Part shown: one piece after another, positions 1 to 8,892 of the stretch
Layout: every line of letters starts with the position of its first letter
Position numbering within the stretch: the first letter of the stretch is position 1
Program-made: the position numbers and the translations under genes
DNA from: Acidimicrobiales bacterium
GTDB lineage: Bacteria > Actinomycetota > Acidimicrobiia > Acidimicrobiales > Aldehydirespiratoraceae
DNA: 64,000 bases
Direction: 5' to 3'
NCBI GenBank assembly: GCA_963422655.1
Contig: OY730440.1
Span: 472,550 to 536,549, forward strand
The notes under the pieces: generated by a model
The model's database searches: none
What the model was told of the DNA's origin: nothing
The model's input: the letters and a program-made list of their open reading frames with translations, nothing else

Positions 1-172
1 AACGGAATCCTTCAGAAGAAAGCAGGCTCTGCAACCGCCGCTCTTTGAGATTTCGATCGTAGGCTTCGTTCAGATTGTCGATCCCGACTACAGTGTTGCC
101 TGCAGCTAAAAGAGTCTCCGTTGTGCGGGCTCCGATGAATCCTGCACATCCTGTCAAAACGTACCGTCTCAC
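1..172 (-). CDS. NAD-dependent epimerase/dehydratase, N-terminal fragment (UDP-glucuronate 4-epimerase-like); continues beyond window start
   Basis: My reverse translation from GTG at 172..170 reads VRRYVLTGCAGFIGARTTETLLAAGNTVVGIDNLNEAYDRNLKERRLQSLLSSEGFR. It has the Rossmann GxxGxxG motif plus the GIDNLN..YD..LK..RL signature. About 51% GC in 1-120 by hand count, well below the core genes. Confidence 0.7.
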   Translation of the reverse strand, partial: MRRYVLTGCAGFIGARTTETLLAAGNTVVGIDNLNEAYDRNLKERRLQSLLSSEGFR

Positions 173-300
173 TTACTATCCTTTACCAATAGTTTCAAGT
201 ATCTAGGCGATCTCTACGATCATTTTTGAATTTGGATGGATCATACCATCCGCATATGACAACTAGTTTCACGTGCCATCAGCAGCGCTCGACCGTAAAC
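173..300 (-). promoter_or_regulatory. AT-rich region upstream of the epimerase gene (putative promoter zone; no -10/-35 assigned)
   Basis: 181-240 is 35% GC by hand count in a window where coding DNA is about 70%. It lies directly 5' of the minus-strand GTG at 172. It contains a 6-bp-stem hairpin, ggatgg(234-239)/ccatcc(246-251). Confidence 0.2.
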
Positions 301-316
301 CCAGGATAGCACCAAG

Positions 317-336
317 CCCCCCCCCCCCCCCCCCCC
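317..336 (+). repeat. C20 homopolymer tract
   Basis: Direct count: c317-c336 is 20 consecutive C, flanked by aag and ggga. Confidence 0.95.
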
Positions 337-430
337 GGGACTCTGCTCATAAAGTCCGGCAGCATGGACTGACGATACCATGAGTGAAGGCCGGGGAAGC
401 GACTCAACGCACGGACGCTCTCGGGACCAT

Positions 431-960
431 ATGAATACTCGCGACCGGTTGCGTGTCGTATTCGTAGGCAAGGGGTGCAGGCAAGTCGACCATCGCCGGA
501 ACCTTCGCCCGGATCCTGAGCCGAGACAGCGAATCGGTGCCCGCTCTCGACTCCGATCCGCTACCGGGCCTGCCCTATTCGCTCGGCGTTCCCGTCGATG
601 ACGGCCCATTTGCGACAGCGCCGTCGTCAAGGGACCCCCGAGCGGCTCTCGCTGGTTGCTAACTCCAGGAATAGCGGCCGAGACGTTGATCCATCGGTAC
701 GGGCGCCGGGAGGAACCCGTCGGTCTATGTTCGGCTGGACCAGATATACCGACGCTATCTGTGTGGCTGCCGAACCCACGGTCGAGTCACTGTACACGAC
801 TCAGCGACTGCTGAACCTCTCCAAGGCCAGATGGGCGCCCGCGACGCTGGCGGTCGTGGCCGACAATGTGAGCGAACACCCGGTGACCTGGCCCGTATCC
901 GGAGAATTCCCTCCGACGATTGCAACTTCAGCGTCGGCCACTCGCTCCGCCAGCAGAGGA
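431..960 (+). pseudogene. Disrupted MinD/ParA/CooC-type P-loop ATPase gene (at least two frame changes)
   Basis: The frame of ATG 431 gives MNTRDRLRVVFVGKG. The Walker A continues only after a frame change at the G-run 472-475, reading (G)AGKSTIAGTFARILSRDSESVPALDSDPLPGLPYSLGV and stopping at taa near 659-661. A third frame (ORF 598..975) carries TDAICVAAEPTVESLYTTQRLLNLSKA...LAVVADNV, typical of the D-x-hhhV-x-eP-x4-sl segment of this ATPase family. Confidence 0.5.
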
Positions 961-976
961 GCGAGCTCTCGGTAGT

Positions 977-1186
977 TCAAGATGGCGACGAGAGTTTCGA
1001 CGTAGAGGGTGGCAGAATGTGGCGGGCGAGTCGCTCCCGAATCCAGGCTTCCTCCACGGGTTCGTCCTCCATCGCCATGGAGTTCGCCACGTGACGGGGA
1101 ATCGCTTCCAGGCGACGCCGTTGACGTTCCTCCTCCGGCAGGCTGCGCCAACATTCGATGGCTCTTTTCCAAGCAGTGTTCGACAT
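977..1186 (-). CDS. Small 69-aa protein with VbhA-antitoxin-like motif (tentative)
   Basis: A good RBS precedes the start on the minus strand: caGGAGaacgacaATG. LPEEERQRRRLEAIPRHVANSMAMEDEPVEEAWIRERLA resembles the E-x-R-R ... a-S-x-x-lEG-x-e-p pattern of VbhA-type Fic antitoxins (recalled from memory, not searched). Confidence 0.4.
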   Translation of the reverse strand: MSNTAWKRAIECWRSLPEEERQRRRLEAIPRHVANSMAMEDEPVEEAWIRERLARHILPPSTSKLSSPS

Positions 1187-1368
1187 TGTCGTTCTCCTGT
1201 TCTTGCAACAGTTCGCCCGGGCATCGTCTGCGTAGAAGCTCGCTGGTCGGCAGGCTCGAGATCACAGCTCAGCTTCTTGAAGAAGTCGTCGAACGATAAC
1301 GATGGCGAACCGGTGGCCCGGGCCGGTGTTGAAGATCTCCGATCAGGCATGGAACACCTTTTCTGGGC

Positions 1369-2262
1369 CTACGGGTCGAGGTGTAGGGTCACAGCGGCAG
1401 CCGAACCGGCGACCGACACTACCACGCCTATGCCCAATACCACCAGGTTGGTGCGCAGCAGGGCCGCATTGTCCACTTGGAATCCGGCCAGCAACTGCAG
1501 AGCATCGGCCTCGCTGAACCGGTCGATCACGTAAGTACGCAACAAAGAGTTGCAGCCCACAGCCACCAATGCCCCCAGCACCCCCTGGATCAGCCCCTCC
1601 AACATGAACGGAATTCGTACGAACCACCGAGACGCACCCACCACCCGCATGATCTCTATCTCTTGGCGCCGGTTGCTGATGGCGATGGCCAAAGTGTTGA
1701 GGATCAACAGCGCCGACGCCCCCAGCAACACGATGGAGCCGATGAACAGTACTCGTCCGGCCCGATCGGACAGATCCTGTATGCCGCGGATGGCCTCGCC
1801 GGCGAACACTACGGTACGCACGCCGGGCTGGCCCCGGAACTGCCGTCCTATCTCCTCCACCACGTCGGCGTCGGGATCGGCGGGCACCACCCGATACGAC
1901 GGTGGCAGCATTTCAGCCGTGACGGACTCCAACAACTCGGGAGTGTCGGCAAACAGCTCCTTGAACTCCTCGAAGGTCTCGGCTTGGTCTACGTATTCGA
2001 ACCGGCTGATGGCAGAACTCTCCTCGAGCCGTTCCCGAATGCGATCGTCTTGTTCGGGCGTGGCTTCGGCGTTCATCCACACCACGAACTCGATACCACC
2101 CTCCCAGCGCTTGGTAGCACTGTCAGCTGCAGTCTGGAACAATACGAAGCCGCCGAACATGGCCAGCGAAACCCCCACGGTGACCACCGTCGCCACCGCC
2201 AACTGGTAGTTTCGTCGAAGGTTCTGTCCGGTTTCGCGCAGCGCGTAACGAGTACTGAGCAT
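1369..2262 (-). CDS. ftsX: Cell division ABC transporter permease FtsX
   Basis: N-terminus MLSTRYALRETGQNLRRN, four TM segments with a large extracytoplasmic loop, 297 aa, immediately downstream of ftsE. Confidence 0.9.
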   Translation of the reverse strand: MLSTRYALRETGQNLRRNYQLAVATVVTVGVSLAMFGGFVLFQTAADSATKRWEGGIEFVVWMNAEATPEQDDRIRERLEESSAISRFEYVDQAETFEEFKELFADTPELLESVTAEMLPPSYRVVPADPDADVVEEIGRQFRGQPGVRTVVFAGEAIRGIQDLSDRAGRVLFIGSIVLLGASALLILNTLAIAISNRRQEIEIMRVVGASRWFVRIPFMLEGLIQGVLGALVAVGCNSLLRTYVIDRFSEADALQLLAGFQVDNAALLRTNLVVLGIGVVVSVAGSAAAVTLHLDP

Positions 2263-2267
2263 GGCTG

Positions 2268-2945
2268 CTATTCGTACACTCCACGAGCTTGATCACGGAC
2301 GATCACGCCTCGATCGAGTTCCACCACCCGTCGTCTCATGCTATCTACAATGCTACGGTCGTGGGTGGCCATGACCACAGTGGTGCCCGTCTGGTTGATG
2401 CGATCGAGCAGGCCGGTGATGCCGCGCGACGTTTGGGGGTCGAGGTTACCGGTGGGCTCGTCGGCCAGCAGGATCAACGGTCGGTTCACGAAAGCCCGAG
2501 CGATCGAAACCCGCTGCTGCTCTCCTCCCGAGAGCTCATAGGGGAAGCGATCCATCTTGCGCGACAAGCCGACCAGATCGAGGATGGCCGGGACCTGCTT
2601 GCGGATGACGTGACGGGGCTTGCCGATCACCTCCAAGGCGAAAGCCACGTTCTCACCTACCGTCTTCTTCGGCAACAGCTTGAAGTCCTGGAAGATGAAC
2701 CCGATGTTGCGGCGCAGGTACGGAACCTTCCACGAACTGAGAGTCCCTACGTTTTGTCCGGCTACGAAGATCCGGCCGTGTTCAGGCCTTTCCTCCCGGT
2801 TCAGGAGCCGTATGAAGGTGGACTTACCCGACCCGGAAGGCCCCACCAGAAAGACGAGCTCCCCCTTGGCTATGGAAATGGTCGCGTCCCGCAGGGCCAC
2901 TACGTCGCCCTTGAACACCTTGGTGACGTTTTCGAGCTTGATCAT
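2268..2945 (-). CDS. ftsE: Cell division ATP-binding protein FtsE
   Basis: [11 protein letters not shown]..., Walker [13 protein letters not shown] signature LSGGEQQR, Walker [14 protein letters not shown], 225 aa. Confidence 0.93.
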   Translation of the reverse strand: MIKLENVTKVFKGDVVALRDATISIAKGELVFLVGPSGSGKSTFIRLLNREERPEHGRIFVAGQNVGTLSSWKVPYLRRNIGFIFQDFKLLPKKTVGENVAFALEVIGKPRHVIRKQVPAILDLVGLSRKMDRFPYELSGGEQQRVSIARAFVNRPLILLADEPTGNLDPQTSRGITGLLDRINQTGTTVVMATHDRSIVDSMRRRVVELDRGVIVRDQARGVYE

Positions 2946-3076
2946 GCCGATCCTCGAACCCGATGAGCAGTTCCGCCAATGTGACAGTACCAGCGCCGTG
3001 ACTTCAATCAGCGGCCATCCAGTTCGTCAGGCCATCTGCGTGGAGATCGGCCACTTCTTCATCTGATCCACCGAGC

Positions 3077-4186
3077 TCATGCACCGGACCGGGCCCGGTT
3101 CCATCGCAGCCAGGTCTCCATCAGCTCATCGAGGCCTCCGCCCAGTACCGCCTCCACATCGGAGGTCTCCTGCTCGGAGCGCAGATCCTTGACCATCTGG
3201 AAGGGCTGCAGCACGTAATTGCGTATCTGGCTACCGAAGCCCACATTCTGCTGCTCGCCGGTGATGCCGGCAATCTCGGCTTGCCGCTTCTTTCGCTCGA
3301 GGTCCAACAGCTTGGCTGCCAGCATCTGCATAGCCCGCTCCTTGTTCTGGTGCTGGCTGCGCTCGTTCTGGCAACTGGTCACCAACCCGGTGGGCAGGTG
3401 CGTGATACGGACCGCCGAGTCGGTCACATTGACGTGCTGACCCCCGGCCCCCGAAGAGCGGTAGGTGTCGATCCGGAGATCCTTTTCGTCCATATCGACC
3501 TCGGTCGATACCTCGTCGAAGAACGGCACCACATGGACCGCCGCAAAAGAAGTTTGACGCTTACCCTCGTTGTTGAACGGGGAGATCCGCACCAGGCGAT
3601 GGACTCCGTGCTCGGACTGCATCCACCCGTAGGCATGGCGGCCCTTCAAGATGAACTCCACGTTGCTGAGACCGGCCTCGGTGCCCTCCGACACCGACGT
3701 CACCTCCAGATCGAAGCCGCGGCGCTCAGCCCAGCGGGTGTACATACGCATGAGCATCTCGGCCCAGTCCTGTGCGTCGGTACCCCCCTCGCCCGACTTG
3801 ATCTGACAGACGGCATCGCGTTCGTCGAACTCGCCGGAGAACAGCGACCGCAGCTCGAGGTCGTCGAGCCGCTGGTCCAGGGCCGAAACGGCAGCGGCGA
3901 TCTCGGCCCCTTGAGACTCGTCGGCCTCCTCGACCGCCAACTGGTGGAGGGTCTCAGCGTCGGACAGGTCGACGGCCAGACGATCGAAGAACTCGACATC
4001 CTCGGTGACGGCGGCCAGCTCCGAAGTCACCGCTCGAGCCCGGTCCTGGTCGTTCCAGAGGTCAGGGCGGGACGCCTCGGCCTCCAGCCGGGGCCGGGCG
4101 GCTCGCAGGGCCTCGACTCGCATGTAGGCCTCGGCCTCGATGAGCCGGTCCCGGAGCTGACGCAACCTGCCGGAGAAGTCCTGCAC
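3077..4186 (-). CDS. prfB: Peptide chain release factor 2
   Basis: SPF tripeptide (RISPFN), GGQ motif (SGAGGQHVNVTDSAVRITHLPTG), and PDLWNDQ near the N-terminus. The ORF-track ATG at 4261 would overlap secA. GTG at 4186..4184 (VQDFSGRL...) gives 369 aa and lies 2 nt after the secA stop. The reading frame is continuous, so no programmed +1 frameshift site is present. Confidence 0.9.
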   Translation of the reverse strand: MQDFSGRLRQLRDRLIEAEAYMRVEALRAARPRLEAEASRPDLWNDQDRARAVTSELAAVTEDVEFFDRLAVDLSDAETLHQLAVEEADESQGAEIAAAVSALDQRLDDLELRSLFSGEFDERDAVCQIKSGEGGTDAQDWAEMLMRMYTRWAERRGFDLEVTSVSEGTEAGLSNVEFILKGRHAYGWMQSEHGVHRLVRISPFNNEGKRQTSFAAVHVVPFFDEVSTEVDMDEKDLRIDTYRSSGAGGQHVNVTDSAVRITHLPTGLVTSCQNERSQHQNKERAMQMLAAKLLDLERKKRQAEIAGITGEQQNVGFGSQIRNYVLQPFQMVKDLRSEQETSDVEAVLGGGLDELMETWLRWNRARSGA

Positions 4187-4188
4187 TG

Positions 4189-6876
4189 CTACCCCGCTAC
4201 TGAGGATCCCGAAGGCCGGCCGTGGCACTGCTTGAACTTGCGCCCGTTGCCGCAGGGGCAAGGGGCATTGCGGCCCACCTTCTCCAGTTCGCTCTTGACC
4301 ACGGGGGTCCGGGCCACCTTTTGTCTGGGCGCGGCCGCCGCTCGAGAACCGGGCTCTCTCTTGTCGGCGCTGACCCCTTCCAGCTTCTGCTTGTCACCGG
4401 CCGGCTCATGCCGGGCCACTTGGGCATGCATCACGTGGCGAACGAAGTCCACCGCGATGGCGGTCATCATGGAGCCGAACATCTCGAAACCCTCGCGCTG
4501 CCACTCGGTAGCCGGATTCTTCTGACCCATGGCCCGCAGATGGATGCCCTCCCGCAGCAGATCCATCTCCCAGAGATGCTGGCGCCATTTCTGATCGATG
4601 ATCCACAGCATCACCTGACGCTCGACTTGGCGCATCACGTCGGCACCGATCTCATCGGTACGCCGGGCGTAGTGCTCGTGGCCGGCCTCGGTCAACAGTC
4701 CGGTGAGCTCGTCGATGGTGTCGGCTCGGCCCAGCCCTTCAGCGGTGATGCCACCGGGCCACAATCCTGATATCTCGGTGGCCAAGCCCTCGAGATCCCA
4801 TTCTTCTCGGTATTCGGAGACGCAGTAGGTGCCGATGGCCCCGCCGATGGCATCTTCGATGTACTTCGCCGCTTCGGTCCGCAAGTCGGCACCGTCGAGG
4901 ATCTGGGACCGCCGCTTGTAGATCACCTTGCGCTGCTCGTTCATCACCTCGTCGTATTTGAGGACGTTCTTGCGGGTCTCGGCGTTGCGCTGCTCCACGG
5001 TGTTCTGAGCCCGCTCTATCGCCTTGGTGACCATGCCGGCCTCGATGGGCACATCTTCGGGCAGGGTCTTGTCCATCACCCAGTTCATGGCTCCGGACGC
5101 GAACAGGCGCATCAGTTCGTCCTCCAGCGACAGGTAGAACCGGCTCTCGCCGGGGTCGCCCTGGCGACCCGACCGGCCCCGGAGCTGGTTGTCGATCCTT
5201 CGGCTCTCGTGACGCTCGGTACCCAGCACGTAGAGACCGCCCAGATCCAGCACCCGCTCCCGTTCGGCGTCGGTGGTCTCGGTGTGCTTGCCGGTCAGCT
5301 CGGTCAGTCGGGCCGCGCCCTGTTCACTGGCGGGATCGAGCCCCTCGGCCCGCAGGTCGCGCCGGGCCAGGCCCTCGGGATTGCCGCCCAGCAAGATATC
5401 GACGCCCCGTCCGGCCATGTTGGTGGCCACGGTGATGGCATGGAGACGGCCGGCCTGGGCCACGATCTCGGCTTCGCGATGATGCTGCTTGGCGTTGAGC
5501 ACCTCATGGGACACGCCCGCCTTGTCGAGATAGCGGGACAGCTTCTCGGACTTGTCCACCGACACCGTGCCCACCAGCACGGGCTGGCCCCGCTCGTAGC
5601 GTTCGGCCAGATCGTCGACGCAGGCCTGGAACTTGGCGTCCTCTGTCTTGTAGATGAGGTCGGCTCGGTCGTCGCGGACTGTGGGACGATGGGTGGGCAC
5701 GGGCACCACGTGGAGCCCGTAGGTGGAAACCAGCTCGCTGGCTTCGGTCTCGGCCGTGCCGGTCATGCCGGCCAACCGGTCGTAGAGGCGGTAATAGTTC
5801 TGGAGGGTGATGGTGGCCAGCGTCTGGTTCTCCTCCTTGATGATCACCCCCTCCTTGGCTTCGACGGCTTGGTGGATGCCGTCGGACCATCTCCGGCCCT
5901 CCAGCACCCGACCCGTGAACTCATCGACGATCTTCACCTGGTTCTTGTCGATGATGTAATCACGGTCCCGCTTGTACAACTCTTTGGCCCGCAGCGCGGC
6001 CTGGAGTTGATGCACGAGGTTCTGAGCTACTTGGTCATAGAGATTGTCGATCTTCAAGGACCGCTCCACGGCATGGACCCCGTCCTCCAGAGGAGCAACG
6101 GTCCGTTTCTCCTCATCGACCTCGTAGTGGACGTCACGCCGCAAGCCGCGAGCGATGGAGGCGAACCTGGTGTAGAGGCTGACGGCCTCGGCCACCCGCC
6201 CGCTGATGATCAAAGGGGTGCGGGCTTCGTCGATGAGGATGGAGTCGATCTCGTCGACGATGCAGTAGTGATGGCCCCGCTGGACCTGACTGGCCCTCGA
6301 CATGGCCATGTTGTCTCGCAGGTAGTCGAACCCGAGCTCGTTGTTGGTTCCGTAGGTGACGTCACAGGCGTACTGGGCTCGTTTGTGGTCGGTGCCCGAC
6401 GATCCGCCAACGATCAGCCCCACGCTGAGCCCCAACCACTTGTAGAGCTGCCCCATCCACTCGGCGTCCCGGGCGGCCAGATATCCGTTGACGGTGACCA
6501 CGTGCACACCCTTGCCGCTGAGGCCGCTCAGGTAGATGGGCAGCGTAGAGGTGAGGGTCTTGCCCTCGCCGGTCTTCATTTCGGCCACCCATCCCAGGTG
6601 CAGGGCTGCCCCCCCGACGAGCTGGACGTCGTAGTGGCGTTGGCCCAAGACCCTGAAGGCGGCCTCTCTAACCACCGCGAAGGACTCCGTGAGCAGATCG
6701 TCCAGCTCGGCGCCGTTGGCCAGCCGATTGCGGAGCTCGCCGGTGCGGGCTCGCAACCCGGTATCGTCGAGCCGCTTCATCTCCGGTTCCAGCGCGTTGA
6801 TGTCGGGAACCAGAGCGGTCAGGGCCTTCAGCTTGCGACCCTCACCGGTGCGGAGGATCCGCTTGAACAACGACAT
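4189..6876 (-). CDS. secA: Preprotein translocase ATPase SecA
   Basis: MSLFKRILRTGEGRKLK start, Walker A MKTGEGKTL, DEIDSILIDEARTPLIISG, and the C-terminal zinc motif CPCGNGRKFKQCHG. 895 aa. Confidence 0.97.
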   Translation of the reverse strand: MSLFKRILRTGEGRKLKALTALVPDINALEPEMKRLDDTGLRARTGELRNRLANGAELDDLLTESFAVVREAAFRVLGQRHYDVQLVGGAALHLGWVAEMKTGEGKTLTSTLPIYLSGLSGKGVHVVTVNGYLAARDAEWMGQLYKWLGLSVGLIVGGSSGTDHKRAQYACDVTYGTNNELGFDYLRDNMAMSRASQVQRGHHYCIVDEIDSILIDEARTPLIISGRVAEAVSLYTRFASIARGLRRDVHYEVDEEKRTVAPLEDGVHAVERSLKIDNLYDQVAQNLVHQLQAALRAKELYKRDRDYIIDKNQVKIVDEFTGRVLEGRRWSDGIHQAVEAKEGVIIKEENQTLATITLQNYYRLYDRLAGMTGTAETEASELVSTYGLHVVPVPTHRPTVRDDRADLIYKTEDAKFQACVDDLAERYERGQPVLVGTVSVDKSEKLSRYLDKAGVSHEVLNAKQHHREAEIVAQAGRLHAITVATNMAGRGVDILLGGNPEGLARRDLRAEGLDPASEQGAARLTELTGKHTETTDAERERVLDLGGLYVLGTERHESRRIDNQLRGRSGRQGDPGESRFYLSLEDELMRLFASGAMNWVMDKTLPEDVPIEAGMVTKAIERAQNTVEQRNAETRKNVLKYDEVMNEQRKVIYKRRSQILDGADLRTEAAKYIEDAIGGAIGTYCVSEYREEWDLEGLATEISGLWPGGITAEGLGRADTIDELTGLLTEAGHEHYARRTDEIGADVMRQVERQVMLWIIDQKWRQHLWEMDLLREGIHLRAMGQKNPATEWQREGFEMFGSMMTAIAVDFVRHVMHAQVARHEPAGDKQKLEGVSADKREPGSRAAAAPRQKVARTPVVKSELEKVGRNAPCPCGNGRKFKQCHGRPSGSSVAG

Positions 6877-7238
6877 CAGCCCAAGTCGGTCGGCTGGCCA
6901 CCGTCACGGCCACGGATGGTGTCACCCCGGCCGTGGTGGCGGGACTGGAGCTTGGTACGGAGCTTGCGAATCTGGCGTTCCAGCTTGGCCTCGGCCAGAT
7001 CGACGGCTGTGAAGGGATCGGGGGCCTGCACCTTGCAGCGCAGGTGATGCCCGTGACCCGACAGGGTCACCTCGCATATTTCCCGGTCACCGATGCGAGG
7101 GTTGCGAGCTTCGTCGAGGTGCACCACGGCCGTGTCCAGCTCCGATAGAAACCGGTCGAGCTGACCGATCTTGGTTCGTATGACCTCCTCCAGCTTCGGC
7201 GTGACGGTCAGATGCCGGCTGCTGATGGAGACGTCCAT
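6876..7238 (-). CDS. hpf: Ribosome hibernation promoting factor, short form (RaiA/HPF family)
   Basis: MDVSISSRHLTVTPKLEEVIRTKIGQLDRFL...VDLAEAKLERQIRKLRTK is the sigma-54 modulation/S30AE fold signature. The stop overlaps the secA ATG by 1 nt (TGATG). At 120 aa there is no long-HPF C-terminal domain. Confidence 0.88.
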   Translation of the reverse strand: MDVSISSRHLTVTPKLEEVIRTKIGQLDRFLSELDTAVVHLDEARNPRIGDREICEVTLSGHGHHLRCKVQAPDPFTAVDLAEAKLERQIRKLRTKLQSRHHGRGDTIRGRDGGQPTDLG

Positions 7239-7956
7239 TCCCGACCTCCGGGGTTGTGGCTGGATTTCTCATCGTAGAGGTTGGATCACCAGGTTGGCGC
7301 AGCGGAATTGGGCCCGCCACGGTGGCGGCCACAGCCACCACGGAGTCGGCACCGCCAGCTCGCAGCACGGTGGCGGCGACCCGCAGGGTGGAGCCGGTGG
7401 TGCAGACATCGTCAACCACGAGGACCCGTCCGGCCAGGCCGCGCCTTTTGGCCTTCAGAGTGGGGCCAGCCAGCCGGCCGGCGCGGCTGCGGTCGGTCTG
7501 GGGCCGGTGATCGAGCCGACGCAGGTAGGCACGAGCCGACAGCCGGAGCCGCCGAGCCAAAGCCCGGGCCAGCAACTCGGCCGGGTCGAAACCCCGGGCC
7601 CGGCGCCGGGCCGGCGTGCACGGTACCCAGGTGACCACATCGGCGCCAGGGGCCACAGCCATCAGCTCGACCGCGATCGTGGTGACCCATACGGTCGAGC
7701 GGCCGTACTTGAGCGAACGGATCATGGCCGCGGCCGCCCCGGTGTGGATCCAACCCGCTGCGAAGGCGTCGATCCCGCTGATGTCGATTCCACCGGCATC
7801 GATCCGACAAGCGTCGAGTCCACGGGCGTCGGGGGTCATGGTCGGCACGGGGCCGAGACTACGAACCCCCTGTGACAGGGCTCGAGGCCAGGGCCACGCC
7901 GACGTCGCAGCCCTGCACCGCGGCAGCCACCGCCTCGGCATCGGTGATGTCGCCAT
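7087..7956 (-). CDS. comF: ComF family phosphoribosyltransferase-domain protein
   Basis: It has the MIRSLKYGRS...VTWVPCTPARRRARGFDPAELLA motif and the PRTase loop VLVVDDVCTTGSTL. The start is uncertain, with an alternative ATG at 7839. The 3' end runs 152 nt into hpf. Confidence 0.75.
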   Translation of the reverse strand: MATSPMPRRWLPRCRAATSAWPWPRALSQGVRSLGPVPTMTPDARGLDACRIDAGGIDISGIDAFAAGWIHTGAAAAMIRSLKYGRSTVWVTTIAVELMAVAPGADVVTWVPCTPARRRARGFDPAELLARALARRLRLSARAYLRRLDHRPQTDRSRAGRLAGPTLKAKRRGLAGRVLVVDDVCTTGSTLRVAATVLRAGGADSVVAVAATVAGPIPLRQPGDPTSTMRNPATTPEVGNGRLHQQPASDRHAEAGGGHTNQDRSARPVSIGAGHGRGAPRRSSQPSHR

Positions 7957-7974
7957 GCACGACTTCGATGATGC

Positions 7975-8892
7975 TCAGATCGACCTCGACTCAGACCGTG
8001 ACCGACTTCGAGATCCGCCCGACGGCGCCAGCGCCACCAGAGCGTCGTCGTCGACGGCCGCGACGCCGGCCTTCGGATGCAACACCTGGACGTACACGTG
8101 GTCGGCACCGGCGTCTACGTGTTCGGCCAGCCGTTGCTCGATCGTCTCTACGTCACCCCAGGCCACCATGGCGTCCACGAACCGAGGCGAGAGATCGTTG
8201 ATGTCCTCCTCGGTGAACCCGAGCCGTAGCCAGCAGTTCCGGTAACCCGGGACCCGGGTGTAGAACTTCATGACTTGGGCTCCGGTAGCCCGGGCTTGCT
8301 CGCTGTCGGTGGTGAGCATCACTTTTTGCTCGACGTGCAGCCCGGCATCGGGTCCCATGACCTGTCGGGCCATCTCGGTGTGGGCGGGGGTGACGTTGTA
8401 GGGGTGGGCGCCCGAGGTGCGCTCGGCCGCCAGCTCGAGCATCCGGGGGCCGAGCGCGGCCAGCACCACCGGCACCGGTTCGGACGGTGGGACCGAGGTG
8501 TAACGAGATTCATCCATGGCATCCAGATAGGACCGCATGAACGACAGCGGCTTGTCGTAGGCGATGCCCCGGATCTGGCTGACGATGATCGGGCTCGACA
8601 CCCCCAGACCGAGGATGAACCGGCCTCGGGTCTGCTCGGCCACCGTGTTGGCCCCCTGCTTCATCACGCCGGGATGACGGTTGTAGACGTTGGCGATACC
8701 GCTGGCCAGCCCGAGGGTGGAAGTAACGGCCCCGACGTAGGCGGCCTGGGCGAAGGGATCACGACCGAAGGTCTCCCCCATCCACAGGCTCGAATAGCCG
8801 AGTTGCTCCACCCGGGCGGCCATGGCCGCCAACTCGGCTCCGGTCAGTGCTTCGGGTGCAGCCCAGATACCTCGATCAACCGTCATTGTCAT
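7975..8892 (-). CDS. LLM-class (luciferase-like) flavin/F420-dependent oxidoreductase
   Basis: GIWAAPEALTGAELAAMAARVEQLGYSSLWMGETFGRDPF...RFILGLGVSSP is typical of the luciferase-like monooxygenase family. The start was chosen at MTMTVDRG; the ORF track allows 8952. Confidence 0.8.
   Translation of the reverse strand: MTMTVDRGIWAAPEALTGAELAAMAARVEQLGYSSLWMGETFGRDPFAQAAYVGAVTSTLGLASGIANVYNRHPGVMKQGANTVAEQTRGRFILGLGVSSPIIVSQIRGIAYDKPLSFMRSYLDAMDESRYTSVPPSEPVPVVLAALGPRMLELAAERTSGAHPYNVTPAHTEMARQVMGPDAGLHVEQKVMLTTDSEQARATGAQVMKFYTRVPGYRNCWLRLGFTEEDINDLSPRFVDAMVAWGDVETIEQRLAEHVDAGADHVYVQVLHPKAGVAAVDDDALVALAPSGGSRSRSRSESRSI

Noticed and set aside
241-630. A 129-aa minus-strand ORF containing a poly-Gly run
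   Set aside because: The poly-Gly is simply the C20 tract read on the opposite strand. The rest is Arg-rich and overlaps the ATPase fragments.
801-1265. A 154-aa minus-strand ORF considered as a possible Fic/Doc-like partner of the VbhA-like ORF
   Set aside because: It has no HPFxxGNGR or Doc motif. Its N-terminal part overlaps the VbhA-like ORF out of frame, and its C-terminal part is antisense to the better-supported ATPase fragment.
4100-4261. A programmed +1 frameshift site in prfB
   Set aside because: The RF2 frame is continuous from VQDFSGRL through the GGQ domain. No in-frame TGA or CTTTGAC-type site is needed or seen.
5209-7047. A 612-aa + strand ORF
   Set aside because: It is antisense to secA, whose motifs are unmistakable. 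It is Gly/Val/Leu/His-rich with no motifs, the typical mirror ORF of high-GC DNA. The same reasoning applies to 19155..20951 (antisense to ftsH), 16486..17841, 22965..24794, 38105..39592, 41858..43135, 46657..48054, 50257..51951 and 53536..55203.
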